A DNA stretch of 64,000 bases from an uncultured Actinomycetota bacterium. Its GTDB lineage: Bacteria > Actinomycetota > Actinomycetes > JAHEKZ01. The notes under the pieces are model-generated. The model saw only the letters and a program-made list of their open reading frames with translations, had not been told where the DNA came from and searched no databases. The translations under genes were made by a program, and so were the position numbers. Below, piece by piece: positions 28,975 to 39,541 of this stretch (position 1 is its first letter; each line of letters opens with the position of its first letter). Location of the stretch: assembly GCA_963718235.1 (NCBI GenBank), contig CAVQYR010000002.1, positions 480,001-544,000 of the forward strand. Direction: 5' to 3'.

Positions 28975-30006
28975 TCACGGCGCAAGATCCCCCACTCTGG
29001 GTGGGACGCCAGTGCCGAACCGCAGCTCGGTGACCGAGGTGTAGGTCTGGCCCGGGCGCAGGACCGCCGAGCCCAGCTCCGGACGGTTGGGGGTGTCGGG
29101 GAACAGCTGGGTCTCGAGGCACACCGCGCCGTGGGGCTGGAACGGGGCCCCGAGGCCGTTGCCGGTGTAGACCTGCAGCCCGGCCTGGTCGGTGAGCACA
29201 GCCATCCAGCGGCCCGAGACCGGGCTGTCGAGGACGGCCGCGCCGCGCAGCTCACCGACAGCGCCCCGCAGGGCGTAGCAGTGGTCCAACCCCGGTGGGA
29301 GCGCGGCGATGACCGGGCCGAGTCTGGTGCGGGCGCGCAGGTCGAACGGCGTGCCTTCGACCGTCGTCGGCGGCCCGGTGGGAATGCAGGCGTCATCAAC
29401 CGGGAGCACGGCGTCAGCGGCCAGGGCGAGATGGTGGTCGGACACGGTCGGTGACCCGTCGAGGTTCCAGTAGCCGTGGTTCGTCACGTTCAGCACGGTC
29501 GGCGCATCGGTCTCTCCGCGGTAGGTGATCCGCAGCCGGTCTCCGGACAGCTCGTAGGTCGCGGTCACGGTGACCGTGCCCGGAAACCCCTGGTCACCCG
29601 CGGGGCTTCTCAGGGCCATCGTCACCTGGCCGCCGTCGTCGGTGCTGGTGGCCTCGGTCACGCCCCACAGCCGCCGGCCGAAGCCGTCGGGTCCGCCGTG
29701 CAGCTGGTTCGCCCCCTCGTTGGGGGTCACCCTCACCTCTCGACCGTCCAGGGGGAAGCACGCGTTGGCGATGCGGTTGGCGTACCGACCGACAGACGCG
29801 CCGAGGTAGGGGTTTCGCTTGCGGTCCTCGTAGCCGGTGAGCGTGGGCAGGCTCAGGTGCACCGGGCCGATCCGTCCCAGCCCGTCCGGGCACTCCAGTG
29901 AGACGATCGCCGCACCCAGCGTCATCAGGCGCAGCCGGATCACCGGACTGGCCACCTCCACGACCTCGACCACGACGACCTCCGTTGCGCTCAGGGACCA
30001 CTGCAC
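28975..30006 (-). CDS. galM: Aldose 1-epimerase (galactose mutarotase)
   Basis: 'GASVGRYANRIA', 'LHGG', 'N.TNHGYWNL', 'CLETQ.FPD.PN'. Start uncertain. Confidence 0.9.
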   Translation of the reverse strand: MQWSLSATEVVVVEVVEVASPVIRLRLMTLGAAIVSLECPDGLGRIGPVHLSLPTLTGYEDRKRNPYLGASVGRYANRIANACFPLDGREVRVTPNEGANQLHGGPDGFGRRLWGVTEATSTDDGGQVTMALRSPAGDQGFPGTVTVTATYELSGDRLRITYRGETDAPTVLNVTNHGYWNLDGSPTVSDHHLALAADAVLPVDDACIPTGPPTTVEGTPFDLRARTRLGPVIAALPPGLDHCYALRGAVGELRGAAVLDSPVSGRWMAVLTDQAGLQVYTGNGLGAPFQPHGAVCLETQLFPDTPNRPELGSAVLRPGQTYTSVTELRFGTGVPPRVGDLAP

Positions 30007-30094
30007 GCGTGACTCGCGTGCGGACCCATGGTCCCAGCAGGGCACGCGCGCACTACCGTGTGCGCCACCAAGCACCCTCAGGCAGGAGCCGCTC

Positions 30095-31705
30095 GTGAAG
30101 CGCTGGTGGCCGCTCGTCGCGCTGGCGATGGCCCAGTTCGTGATGGTCCTCGACCAGTCGGTCATGAACGTCTCGATCAGCACGCTCGTGGCGGACTTCG
30201 ACACCACGGTCACCACGATTCAGTCGGTGATCACCCTGTACTGCCTGACCATGGCCATGTTCATGCTCACCGGCGGCAAGATCGGCGACATCATCGGACG
30301 CCGAAGGGCCTTTGCGGTCGGCCTGGTCATCTACGGCTGCGGGTCGGCCCTGACCGCTGTAGCGCCCACCGTCGCCGTCCTCACCTTGGGCTGGTCGATC
30401 CTCGAGGGCATCGGTGCCGCGCTCGTGATGCCGGCTCTGGTTGCGCTGATCGCGGGCAACTACGAGGGCAAGGAGCGCAACATCGCCTATGCCGTGATCG
30501 GCGGCGTGGCCGGGGCCGGCATCGCCATCGGCCCCATCCTTGGCGGCTGGGCGACCACTGAGCTGTCGTGGCGGATCGTGTTCGTTGGTGAGGTCGTCCT
30601 GGTGCTCGTCATCTTGGCGATGACCCGGCTCATCGGCGACGCGGTGCGGCCCGGGGACAAGCCCAGGCTCGACTTTGTGGGCACGGTCCTGTCGGCCAGC
30701 GGCCTGGGCCTGATCGTGCTGGGCGTCCTGCAGTCGAGCACGTGGGGATGGGTGCAGCCCAAGGACTCTCCCATCGAGCCGTTGGGCTTCTCCCTGACCG
30801 TGTTCGTGATCACCTCCGGCGCCCTGCTGATCTGGGCCTTCGTCGCGTGGCAGCGACACCGCGAGGAGATCGGCACCGACCCGCTGGTGCACCTGAGCCT
30901 GATGAGAATCCCACCCCTGCGCGCCGGACTGATCGGGCTGTTGAGCCAGAACCTCATCCTGATGGGGGTCTTCTTCACCGTCCCCCTGTACCTGCAGCTG
31001 GTGCTCGGCTACGACGCGCTGGACACCGGGATCAAGATGCTCCCGGTCTCCATCACCATGTTCATCGCCTCTGCCGTCGGCGCTCGTCTGGCCGGCAGGT
31101 ACTCGGTGCGCGGCGTCGTCCGCACGGGTCTGTGGGTCACCCTGTTCTCCATCCTGATCCTCCTGGCGACGGTTCAGCCCGACCTCGCTGACGTTGCCTT
31201 CGCCCTCTCGATGGGTGGCCTTGGCGTCGGAATGGGGCTGCTGGCCTCCCAGCTGGGCAAGGTCGTACAGGCGTCCGTCGACGCCTCTGGACGCGGCGAG
31301 GCCGGTGGCCTGCAGTTCACCGGCCAACAGCTCGGGTCGTCCCTAGGTGTCGCTCTCATCGGTGCGGTCGTGCTCTCCGGTCTGACCAGTGCCTTCGTGG
31401 CCAACATCCAGGACAGCCCGGAGATCAGCCCGCAGGTCACCGAGCAGCTCACGGTGGCGTTGGAGGGCGGCATCGACTTCGTCTCCTCAGACCAGATCGC
31501 CGCCGCGGCGCAGGACGCGGGCCTGGACGACGTCACAACCGCAGCACTCGTCGAGGACTACGAGGCTGCCCAGCTGCGCGCGCTCAAGGCCGGCCTGCTC
31601 GGCGCGGCCCTGCTGGCGCTGATCTCGATCCCGTTCACCCGTGAGCTGCCGCACGCGGGCTCGTCCTCCGAGGGGAAGCCGGCCGACTCGCTTTCCGTCA
31701 GCTGA
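30095..31705 (+). CDS. MFS transporter (DHA2/EmrB-like, 14 TM)
   Basis: 'AQFVMVLDQSVMNVSI', 'GGKIGDIIGRRR'; GTG after AGGAG. Confidence 0.92.
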   Translation: MKRWWPLVALAMAQFVMVLDQSVMNVSISTLVADFDTTVTTIQSVITLYCLTMAMFMLTGGKIGDIIGRRRAFAVGLVIYGCGSALTAVAPTVAVLTLGWSILEGIGAALVMPALVALIAGNYEGKERNIAYAVIGGVAGAGIAIGPILGGWATTELSWRIVFVGEVVLVLVILAMTRLIGDAVRPGDKPRLDFVGTVLSASGLGLIVLGVLQSSTWGWVQPKDSPIEPLGFSLTVFVITSGALLIWAFVAWQRHREEIGTDPLVHLSLMRIPPLRAGLIGLLSQNLILMGVFFTVPLYLQLVLGYDALDTGIKMLPVSITMFIASAVGARLAGRYSVRGVVRTGLWVTLFSILILLATVQPDLADVAFALSMGGLGVGMGLLASQLGKVVQASVDASGRGEAGGLQFTGQQLGSSLGVALIGAVVLSGLTSAFVANIQDSPEISPQVTEQLTVALEGGIDFVSSDQIAAAAQDAGLDDVTTAALVEDYEAAQLRALKAGLLGAALLALISIPFTRELPHAGSSSEGKPADSLSVS

Positions 31706-33663
31706 ACAACTTCTCGCGGGCTTCTTCTCGCTGCTCGATGGCCTTCGAGACCGCCGCGAGCTGCTCGTCGGTGGCGTCAAGGGCGAAGACCTCGCGGATG
31801 AACGCCGGCAGGTCGGGACGGTAGTCATGGGCCCAGGCCCGGAAGGCGCCGGGGATCTGGGCGTTCTTCATGTCGATCGCGGTCTGGAAGAACGAGGTGA
31901 CCGGCCGCCACCGCATGGACGCCGGGATGCCGCGCGGGCTGGCCCCGGGAACCTCCTGCTGCCGTGGTCGGTCCGGGCCGAGCCAGGCGGGGCGACGCGC
32001 GAACAGACTCGTCCCGAACTTCGTCACGCCATCGTTGTCGTGGCTGAGCAGCACATAGCGCAGGGCCGCCCGACGCTCGGGCGCCAGGGCCTCGATCTGG
32101 CCGAAGTCGTTGACCACAGCCAGCACTTCGGGGTCGACGTCGACCCGGCTCTGGTCCTGGACCTGGTGTGACCACTCGCTGCCGTGGGGAGTGCCGATCC
32201 ACAGCGCGCGGTCGATGCCGAGCGCCTCCGGTCCGAGCGTTCCCCAGTTCAGCAGCGCGTCCTGGCTGGTCCAGGCGCCCAGGCTCTCTCCGAACAGCAC
32301 GACCTTGGGTCGCTCTTCGGGCGGCAGGTCGCGCACTCGACGAAGGATCGACAGCCACAGCAGGCGGTTCTGCTCGCGCGCGCCCGGCACCTTGCCCAAC
32401 GACAGCGGCGAAGGTCGTTTGGAGTACTGCAGCGTGACGCTGGCCATGTCGCCGCGGCGTGAAGTACTGCGCGGCGGCGATGGCGCAGTAGTTGACGTAC
32501 CCGGTGCCGGTGGGGGAGACCAGCATCAGCAGGGACCGGCTCCAGGCGTCTGTGCGGTCGAGCTCGGCCAGAGCGAGCTGAACCCGGTCGGTCGCGCTGG
32601 GCGCACTGTCCAGCCCGACGTAGACCTGGATGGGCGTCGCCGTGGCCGGCTCGCCCATCACGGTCGGGATCGACAGGTCCAGGTCGACGCCCTCCGGACG
32701 CTCGGCGGGAGGGACCGGGGCGGGGCGCACGTACGTGAATGCGTGCCGACGTCCCTCGCGGCCCATCGTGTCCCAGGCGACGAGGCTCGCAGTGCTGCCG
32801 CTGATTTCCGAGGTGACGAAGCGCTGCGCGTCCGGGCCGCTGAGACCCTCGCCGAACGTCGTGGTCCCCTGCTCGATCCGTTCCATGCCCTGGGCCCACA
32901 GCACCCGCAGGCCTGCCGCGCAGGCGCCGAGAATCGCACTGTGCCCGGCGAGCTGCCAGAAGACGGGGCTCCCGGGCAACCGGGAGGCGGCCAAGGAGCT
33001 GAGATCACGGGCGAGCTTGCCCTCGCCGACGGCAAGCCCGCCGAGCACGGCCACCACGCCGGTGGCGGCAGCGACGCCCAGCAGTGGGTTCGCTCCCATC
33101 GGCCCGGGGTCGGGCTCGTCGGCGTCGCCGGACTGGCGCAGCGTCTCGACGACGGCCGCTGTGGCCAGGCCGGCGGGAACGGCCAGCGGAATCCGGGCGA
33201 GCCGACCGCCGAGCCCCAGTCGTCGGTCCACCGCGCTGGAGCCGGCGGTCGCAACCGCCAGGATGCCGGCACCGACTCCGGTCGTCCCCGCCCGCCAGGC
33301 TCCCTGCCGGGCCATGGACCGTCGAAGCGACTCGTCGTGCTTGGTGGGCATCAGGCGCATCGTGGCCACACCGACCGGCACCGCGGCCAGGTCGGCGACC
33401 AGGACCCCGAGACCGGCCCGTGTCTCGTCGGACACCGACGCGGGCAGGGGCAGACGTGGTGCGATGACCGACCCGAGGTACTGCAAGCCGTCCTGCGTGA
33501 CGACGGTCATCAGGTAGGTGGCACCGACGCTCAGCCCGGTGATGATGCCCTGGTCCGACCAGGTGCGCTTCGACAGCGACCGGGCGAACGTCCCGGGAGT
33601 CATGGCCGCAGCAACGACCAGTCCGACCTGTTGGCTGCTCCCGACGTGCGGCATCGTGTCCAT
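31698..33663 (-). CDS. Membrane alpha/beta-hydrolase (Abhydrolase_9-like); +1 frameshift at ~32456
   Basis: 'MGREGR', 'IQVYVGL', 'PTGTGYVN' in one frame; 'QYS.RPS', 'FGESLGA' in the next. Removing one base restores QYFTRGDMASV. Confidence 0.82.
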
Positions 33664-33803
33664 GCCGAGCACGGTACCGAATCGGGGCAGGCAGGCAGAA
33701 GTCCCCGTACCGTCGTGCCGGCCAAGCCCTGGAAGGTCGGCGCGACGCTGTAGCGTGGCCGAACCGCAGGGGCCCGTGCCGTTTCGTCGTCCAGGAGTCC
33801 GCC

Positions 33804-35193
33804 GTGAGCATGTACAAGGTCGTCAACCCCGCCACCGGGGCCACCGAGAGTGAGTTCCCTACCGCCACCGACGCCGAGATCGCTGGAGTGCTCGAGCGCA
33901 CGGCTGCTGCTTTCGGCCCTTGGAGCAGTACGCCAGTGGACGCGCGCGCCGCGGTGCTCCTGCGGGTCGCCGACCTCTATGCGGAGCGGGCCGATGCCCT
34001 GGCGGCGCTGATCACCCGCGAGATGGGCAAGACCACGGCCGAGGCGCTGGACGAGGTCGAGTTCTCCGTCGACATCTACCGGTACTACGCCAACCAGGGG
34101 CCGAGCCTGCTGGCTGACCAGCCGCTGGACTCGGACTCAGGAGGCGAGGCCTGGGTGCGCAAGGCCCCGGTGGGGCCGCTGCTGGGGATCATGCCGTGGA
34201 ACTACCCGTACTACCAGGTGGCCCGGTTCGCCGGCCCCCAACCTGATGGTCGGGAACACGATCGTGCTCAAGCACGCGCCGCAGTGCCCTGAGTCCGCTC
34301 TTGCCATGGAGCAGATCTTCCGTGACGCCGGCCTGGTCGAGGACGCCTACATCAACGTGTTCGCCACGAACGAGCAGGTGGCGGACATGATCGCCGACCC
34401 GAGGGTCCGCGGCGTGTCGGTGACCGGCAGCGAACGCGCCGGCACTGCGGTCGCGGCCTTGGCTGGGCAGAACCTCAAGAAGGTGGTGCTCGAGCTCGGT
34501 GGTTCGGATGCGTTCATCGTCCTGGACACTCCGGACGTTCCCAGTGTCGTCGAGGCGGCCGTAGGGGCACGGATGGAGAACGCCGGCCAGGCGTGCAACG
34601 CCTCCAAGCGTTTCATCGTGGCCGATGCCCTCTACGACGACTTCGTCGAGCAGTTCACGAAGGCGATGGCAGCCCAGATCACCGGTGACCCCACCGATCC
34701 CACCACCACCTACGGGCCACTCGTGTCCGAGCAGGCTCTGCAGGGTCTGCTCGGCCAGGTCGAGGACGCAGCCTCGAAGGGCGCGAAGGTGCACACCGGC
34801 GGTGCCCGGTTGGACCGGCCCGGTGCCTTCCTCGAGCCGACCGTGCTGACCGACGTGACGCCGGAGATGCGCGCCTACCGAGAAGAGCTCTTCGGGCCGG
34901 TCGCCGTGGTCTACCGCATCAGCGATGTCGACGAGGCGGTCGCGCTGGCCAACGACACTCCTTACGGCCTGGGTGGCGTCGTCTACAGCACCGACCAAGA
35001 GGTCGCACTGGACGTCGCGAACCGGCTGGACACAGGAATGGTGTGGATCAACGAGCCGCAAGGCGGCGGGCCCGAGCTGCCCTTCGGTGGCACGAAGCGC
35101 TCCGGCGTCGGCCGCGAGCTGGGCCCGGCGGGGATCGACGAGTTCGTCAACCGCAAGCTCATCCACGTGCCCGGCGCTCGGGCCGATGCCTAG
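33804..35193 (+). CDS. NAD(P)-dependent succinate-semialdehyde dehydrogenase family; +1 frameshift in C5 run 34235-34239
   Basis: 'IMPWNYPYYQVARFAGP' joins 'NLMVGNTIVLKHA'; 'LELGGSD', 'NAGQAC', 'EELFGP'. Confidence 0.9.
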
Positions 35194-35194
35194 C

Positions 35195-36538
35195 TCACGA
35201 CCCGACGATCAGCGGCCCCCCGTGGCAGCGCTTCCACTTGCGACCTGAGCCGCAGGTGCACGGGTCGTTGCGCTTTCGTTTCGCGTCCTCGGTGGCGTAG
35301 AGCGCCATGATGTCCGCGGGGGAGCGTTTGCGGGCGAGCAACTCACCCATGATGCGCATCGGCCGGTCGACGTGGTGGAAGAACGTCTTGAACCCGGGGC
35401 ACAGGTAGTTGAGGCCGGGTTCGCCGTCCGGTGTTGTCGTGAACCGGTCCTTCGGGCAGCCACCGTGGCAGGCGAAACGGACGTCGCACTCCCGGCAGAA
35501 CCGGGGGAGGGAGTCGCGCTTGTCGAGTCCGAACTGTCGCTGACGCGGTGAGGAGACGAGATCGAGCATATGGTGCTCGGTGATGTTGCCCAGCAGGTAG
35601 CCAGGCTCCACGAAGTGGTCGCAGGAGTACAGGTCGCCGGTGTGTTCCAGGGCCAGGGCCAGGCCGCACGTCTCGCTGTGGATGCACAGCCCGGGCGGCT
35701 CACCCACCCAGTTGCCCAAGGCAACGTCGAACATCTGCACGTACACCGAGCCGACGTCGCGGCGAACCCACTCCTCGAAGACGTCGACGAGGAAGCGTCC
35801 GTACTGCTCGCCCCCCACCGACCGGTCAGTGACGACGTCGCCGTCCTGCACGTACAGCGGCCGGTCGCGCCATGACGACCACGTCGCTGACTCCCCGGCG
35901 GCCCCCTCAGCCACACGCTCGACGATGGGGATGAACTGCATGTACCGGGCGTCACACTCGTCGCGCAGGAACCGGTACACCTCCCGGCCCCGGTCGCCGT
36001 TCGCGGCGTGAATCGTGGTCAGAGCGTTCCACTCGACCCCGGCGTCGCGAAGGAATCCCAGTCCCCGCATCACCTGGTCGAAGGACCCCTTGCCGCCCTT
36101 GTTGACCCGGTAGGTGTCGTGCATGTGGCGTGGCCCGTCGATGGAGATGCCGACCAGGAAGTCGTGCTCCAGGAAGAAGGCCGCCCACTCCTCGTCGAGC
36201 AGCGTCCCGTTGGTCTGGATCGTGTAGGCCGCCCGCTGTCCGGGCTTCAGGTAACGCTCAGCCAGCTCGACCGAGCGCCGGAAGAAGTCGACCCCCATCA
36301 TCGTCGGCTCACCGCCCTGCCAGGCGATGGCGACCTCGGGCACCTGCCCGTGCGCCTCGATGAGCTGGCGCAGGTAGGTCTCGAGCAGCTCGTCGGCCAT
36401 CCGGAACCGGCTGCCGGGGTACAGCATCTCCTTGGACAGGAAGAAGCAGTAGGAGCAGTCCAGGTTGCAGACAGCGCCGGTGGGCTTCGCGAGCAGGTGG
36501 AAGGCCCGTGGAACTTCCGGGCCGGTCGACGGGATCAA
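35195..36538 (-). CDS. Anaerobic sulfatase maturase (radical SAM/SPASM) with C-terminal SEC-C motif
   Basis: 'AKPTG..CNLDCSYC', 'WQGGEP', SPASM cysteines 'C..CDH...C..C.....C.GGCPK', 'RNDPCTCGSGRKWKRCHG'. Confidence 0.93.
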   Translation of the reverse strand: MIPSTGPEVPRAFHLLAKPTGAVCNLDCSYCFFLSKEMLYPGSRFRMADELLETYLRQLIEAHGQVPEVAIAWQGGEPTMMGVDFFRRSVELAERYLKPGQRAAYTIQTNGTLLDEEWAAFFLEHDFLVGISIDGPRHMHDTYRVNKGGKGSFDQVMRGLGFLRDAGVEWNALTTIHAANGDRGREVYRFLRDECDARYMQFIPIVERVAEGAAGESATWSSWRDRPLYVQDGDVVTDRSVGGEQYGRFLVDVFEEWVRRDVGSVYVQMFDVALGNWVGEPPGLCIHSETCGLALALEHTGDLYSCDHFVEPGYLLGNITEHHMLDLVSSPRQRQFGLDKRDSLPRFCRECDVRFACHGGCPKDRFTTTPDGEPGLNYLCPGFKTFFHHVDRPMRIMGELLARKRSPADIMALYATEDAKRKRNDPCTCGSGRKWKRCHGGPLIVGS

Positions 36539-36558
36539 GAGTGGTGGTTGACCGACGG

Positions 36559-37446
36559 TCAGGTCACGGATGCAGCGAAGATGCTGCTGATCGAGGCGTC
36601 GAGCACCGCGTCGAACTCAGCCTCCGTCTGCTGTGCGGTCAGACCCTCGGTGAGGGCGCGGGAGAAACTCGCAACCACGCCGCGGTTCCTGGCCAGGCGG
36701 GTGTTGGCGTCGTCGCGGGTGTAGCCGCCGGACAGCGCCACCACTCGCAGCACGTTCGGGTGCTTGACCAGGTCGGTGTAGAACCCGTCCTGGTCGGGGA
36801 GGGTGAGCTTCAGCATGACGTGCTGGTCGGCGTCGAGTCGGCCCAGCTCGGCGAGGATCGCGGCCTTCAGCAGGTCCTCGGCAGCGGCCTTCTGCGGGCT
36901 GTGGATGTCGACCTCGGGCTCGATGATGGGCACGAGTCCGGCGCCGAGGATCTGCCGCCCGATCGTGAACTGCTGGCCCACCACGGCGTCGACGCCCGCG
37001 GCGTTGGCCAGCTTGATGACCGAGCGCATCTTCGTGCCGAACACCCCGTGCGTGGTGGCCCTCGCGAGAAGGGCGTCGAGGTCGGGGATCGGCTTCATCA
37101 CCTGCGCACCGTCGACCTCGTCGGCCAGGCCCTTGTCGACCTTCAGGAAGGGCACGACGTTCTTGTCCTGCCACAGGTACTCAGCCGATCCCTTGCCCTC
37201 GATCTGGCGGTCCATGGTCATCTCGAAGAGGATCGCGCCGAGGATCCGCTCGCCGGTGAATGCCGGGCTGGTGATGATCCGACTGCGCATCTCGTGGATC
37301 CGGTCGAACATCTCCGCGTCGTTGGAGTAGGCGGTCTCGTCCAGGCCGTAGAGCTTCAGGGCCTTGGGGGTGCTGCCACCGCTCTGGTCGAGTGCGGCGA
37401 TGAACCCGCGGCCACTCCTGACCTTGTCGAACTGCTCGTCGTTCAC
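36559..37446 (-). CDS. fda: Fructose-bisphosphate aldolase class I (bacterial type)
   Basis: 'GFIAALDQSGGSTPKAL', 'FLKVDKGL', 'FGTKMRSVI', 'PIIEPEV', 'ALSGGY', 'ASFSRAL'. Confidence 0.95.
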   Translation of the reverse strand: MNDEQFDKVRSGRGFIAALDQSGGSTPKALKLYGLDETAYSNDAEMFDRIHEMRSRIITSPAFTGERILGAILFEMTMDRQIEGKGSAEYLWQDKNVVPFLKVDKGLADEVDGAQVMKPIPDLDALLARATTHGVFGTKMRSVIKLANAAGVDAVVGQQFTIGRQILGAGLVPIIEPEVDIHSPQKAAAEDLLKAAILAELGRLDADQHVMLKLTLPDQDGFYTDLVKHPNVLRVVALSGGYTRDDANTRLARNRGVVASFSRALTEGLTAQQTEAEFDAVLDASISSIFAASVT

Positions 37447-37608
37447 GTGTGGTCCCTTTCGCGTCGAGGTGCCTGGCGCCGGCTCGTCCGGGAACTGCGG
37501 TGCCGCTGTGCGACCCGATCCCGCCCCCTATGCCTACCACTCGGCGCGCATGGTTCCCAGGGCCGGTCGCCCCGGCGAAGCGCCGGAGACCGGGCGTGCG
37601 CCCTCCAC

Positions 37609-38586
37609 TCAGCCGGTCGCCCCCACCTCGCTGACGGCGGCGGCGGGCGCGAGCTTGTCCAGGGGGACGTCCTTCTCGGCGATCCCGGCCGCCAGCGAGG
37701 CCGCGCCGTAGGCGGCCATGCACTGCAGGTAGAGGACGAGCAGGATGCCGATCGGCGCCGCCAGTGCTCCGTACTGGGGCTTGTCGACCGAGAAGGCGAC
37801 GATGAAGGCCATGAAGTACTTCAGGAGCTCGATCAGCACCGCCCCGACCAGCGCGCCGATCAGTCGCGGCCGACGGTCCGGCCGGATCCCGCCCAGGTGC
37901 CCCAGCAGCAGGTAGAGGATGAGGACGTCGACGGCGAGGGCCAGCGCGATGGTCACGGCGACGAGCACGAAGCGGCCAATCGTGGAGTCCAGCCCGAGGT
38001 CGTCGAGGATGGGTCCGGCGTAGCTGGCCACCATCGTGGTCGCCGCGTACGAGACGGCGACCAGAGGAAGGAAGACCAGCATCCAGCCGAGCAGGCGCGC
38101 CCGTGCCTTGGCGAAGCTCCTCGGGTCCGGTGCGGCACCGTAGATCTGGTGCAGCGAGCCGCTGGCGGCGACCATCGCCCCGCCGCCGGCCCAGAGCAGG
38201 GCCAGCAGGCCCACCACCGACGTCGTCCGCCCGACCGCTTTCAGCTTCTGCGGGTCGATGCCGTCCTCACCGACCACGCCCGGGAAGGCGTTCTGCAGCG
38301 CGTCGGTCAGATGGCTTGCCATCTGGTCGGCACCAAGGATCGCCACCAGGCCGTAGCCGAAGGCCACGATCGAGAACATCGCGAGAAACAGGTAGTACGT
38401 GGTCCCGGCGGCCAGCAGCCCAGCCTTGGCGTAGGTGAACCGCTGCATCGCGCGGTAGCCGACACCGACTGCATCGCTTGCGGCGCCCTCCTTCTCGTCG
38501 ATGTTCTTGACTGCTTCCGGGGTCTCCTTGGGAGGTGGGTCGATCAGCTCGCCAGGGATCGGCGGAGGGACGGCGATTGCGCCCAT
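37609..38586 (-). CDS. YihY/virulence factor BrkB family membrane protein
   Basis: 'LLAAG.TYY.FLA.F', 'YGALAAPIGILL.LY'; multi-TM. Confidence 0.88.
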   Translation of the reverse strand: MGAIAVPPPIPGELIDPPPKETPEAVKNIDEKEGAASDAVGVGYRAMQRFTYAKAGLLAAGTTYYLFLAMFSIVAFGYGLVAILGADQMASHLTDALQNAFPGVVGEDGIDPQKLKAVGRTTSVVGLLALLWAGGGAMVAASGSLHQIYGAAPDPRSFAKARARLLGWMLVFLPLVAVSYAATTMVASYAGPILDDLGLDSTIGRFVLVAVTIALALAVDVLILYLLLGHLGGIRPDRRPRLIGALVGAVLIELLKYFMAFIVAFSVDKPQYGALAAPIGILLVLYLQCMAAYGAASLAAGIAEKDVPLDKLAPAAAVSEVGATG

Positions 38587-38948
38587 AGTTCTGCTCCCGT
38601 GTCCAGTGTTCGGCGCCGATGCCCAGCGCCTGAGTCTAGGGATCGGAAGTGTTCCACAGCCCTCTTCGGGGCGTCAGCGGGGACGCGATGAGCGTCGGCC
38701 CCCACGTTGGCGGCGGCCGCGAGACCTCGTCCACATGTTGCGGCGCTGCTGAGGCAGCGCTAGTTTCCGATCGCGCATTCGATCACCTGCTGCGCGGACG
38801 CGTGACACGACCCTGCACGTGTCGTCCAGCAAGCGATGACGAACTTCGCTTTCTGTTGTCCCCTGTCGCGGGCAGGAGCGCCGTTGGTGATCCTGCTCCG
38901 GTTGGGGATCTGCCCAGTACGTTCCGACGAGCACGGAGGTTCATCGAT

Positions 38949-39110
38949 ATGAGCGACATGTTCAACAAGGCGAAGGACGCGCTGACCGGCGGCGGCAACG
39001 AGGCCGACTCGGCGGTCGACCAGGCTGCCGACGCGGTCAAGGAGAAGACCCCTGACCAGGTCGACACGGCGGTCGAGCAGGTCGCCGACAAGGCCAAGGA
39101 CGCGATCTAA
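38949..39110 (+). CDS. Small acidic Ala-rich protein (Rv0909-like / CsbD-like)
   Basis: GGAGG RBS; MSDMFNKAKDAL...VDQAADAVKEKT...ADKAKDAI. Confidence 0.72.
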   Translation: MSDMFNKAKDALTGGGNEADSAVDQAADAVKEKTPDQVDTAVEQVADKAKDAI

Positions 39111-39130
39111 CCGAGTCCCTGCGCGTCATC

Positions 39131-39174
39131 GCGTGACGCCGGGGCCAGCTACGGTCTCGGCTCCGGCGTCACGC
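39131..39174 (+). terminator. GC-rich hairpin, putative terminator
   Basis: GCGTGACGCCGG (39131-39142) and CCGGCGTCACGC (39163-39174) form a perfect 12-bp inverted repeat just after a stop codon; no U-tract. Confidence 0.55.
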
Positions 39175-39218
39175 TCGCGAACCAAGCCCCCAAGAACTCG
39201 ACCACACACCCAGGAGAA

Positions 39219-39506
39219 GTGATGCTCGGAGCCATCATCGTCGGATTCATCGCCGGAACAATCGGTAGGTTCCTGATCCCCGACGCCTTCAACAACGTCG
39301 AGGGCGTGAAGTCGTGGATCCTGTCTACGCTCCTCGGCCTCGCGGGGGCGTTCCTCGGATGGCTGATCTTCGCCAAAGGCCTCGGCTGGGGTGACGACGA
39401 CATCTTCGATCTCGGCTCGATCTTCGGCGCGATCATCGGGGTCATCATCCTGCTTCCGATCGTTGGGTTCATCGCCAAGCGCGCCAACAAGGGCAAGGCC
39501 GCCTGA
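39219..39506 (+). CDS. GlsB/YeaQ/YmgE family stress-response membrane protein
   Basis: 'IIVGFIAG.IGR.L.P', 'LLGLAGAFLG', 'GAIIGVIILL'. Confidence 0.85.
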   Translation: MMLGAIIVGFIAGTIGRFLIPDAFNNVEGVKSWILSTLLGLAGAFLGWLIFAKGLGWGDDDIFDLGSIFGAIIGVIILLPIVGFIAKRANKGKAA

Positions 39507-39541
39507 CCAGTCCGTCGTCCACCGCGTGAGGGGAGTGCTCC

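Noticed and set aside
19696-36538. Arg-rich microprotein as a RiPP precursor for the radical SAM/SPASM enzyme
   Set aside because: They are 15 kb apart, there is no RRE/PqqD, peptidase or transporter linkage, and the enzyme has typical anSME motifs.
37488-37535. GGGAACTGCGGTG...CCCG resembling the start of a cobalamin riboswitch
   Set aside because: Lacks the AAxTCC and GCxACTG elements, is on the strand opposite the flanking genes, and has no B12-related target.
36508-38691. Long plus-strand ORF (727 aa), and similar ones at 42298-44379 and 57750-60197
   Set aside because: Antisense shadows of well-supported genes. They have Arg/Gly/His-rich low-information composition typical of high-GC DNA and no motifs.
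38949-39110. Toxin-antitoxin module suggested by the Rv0909-like small protein
   Set aside because: No adjacent toxin-like gene; more likely a general stress microprotein.
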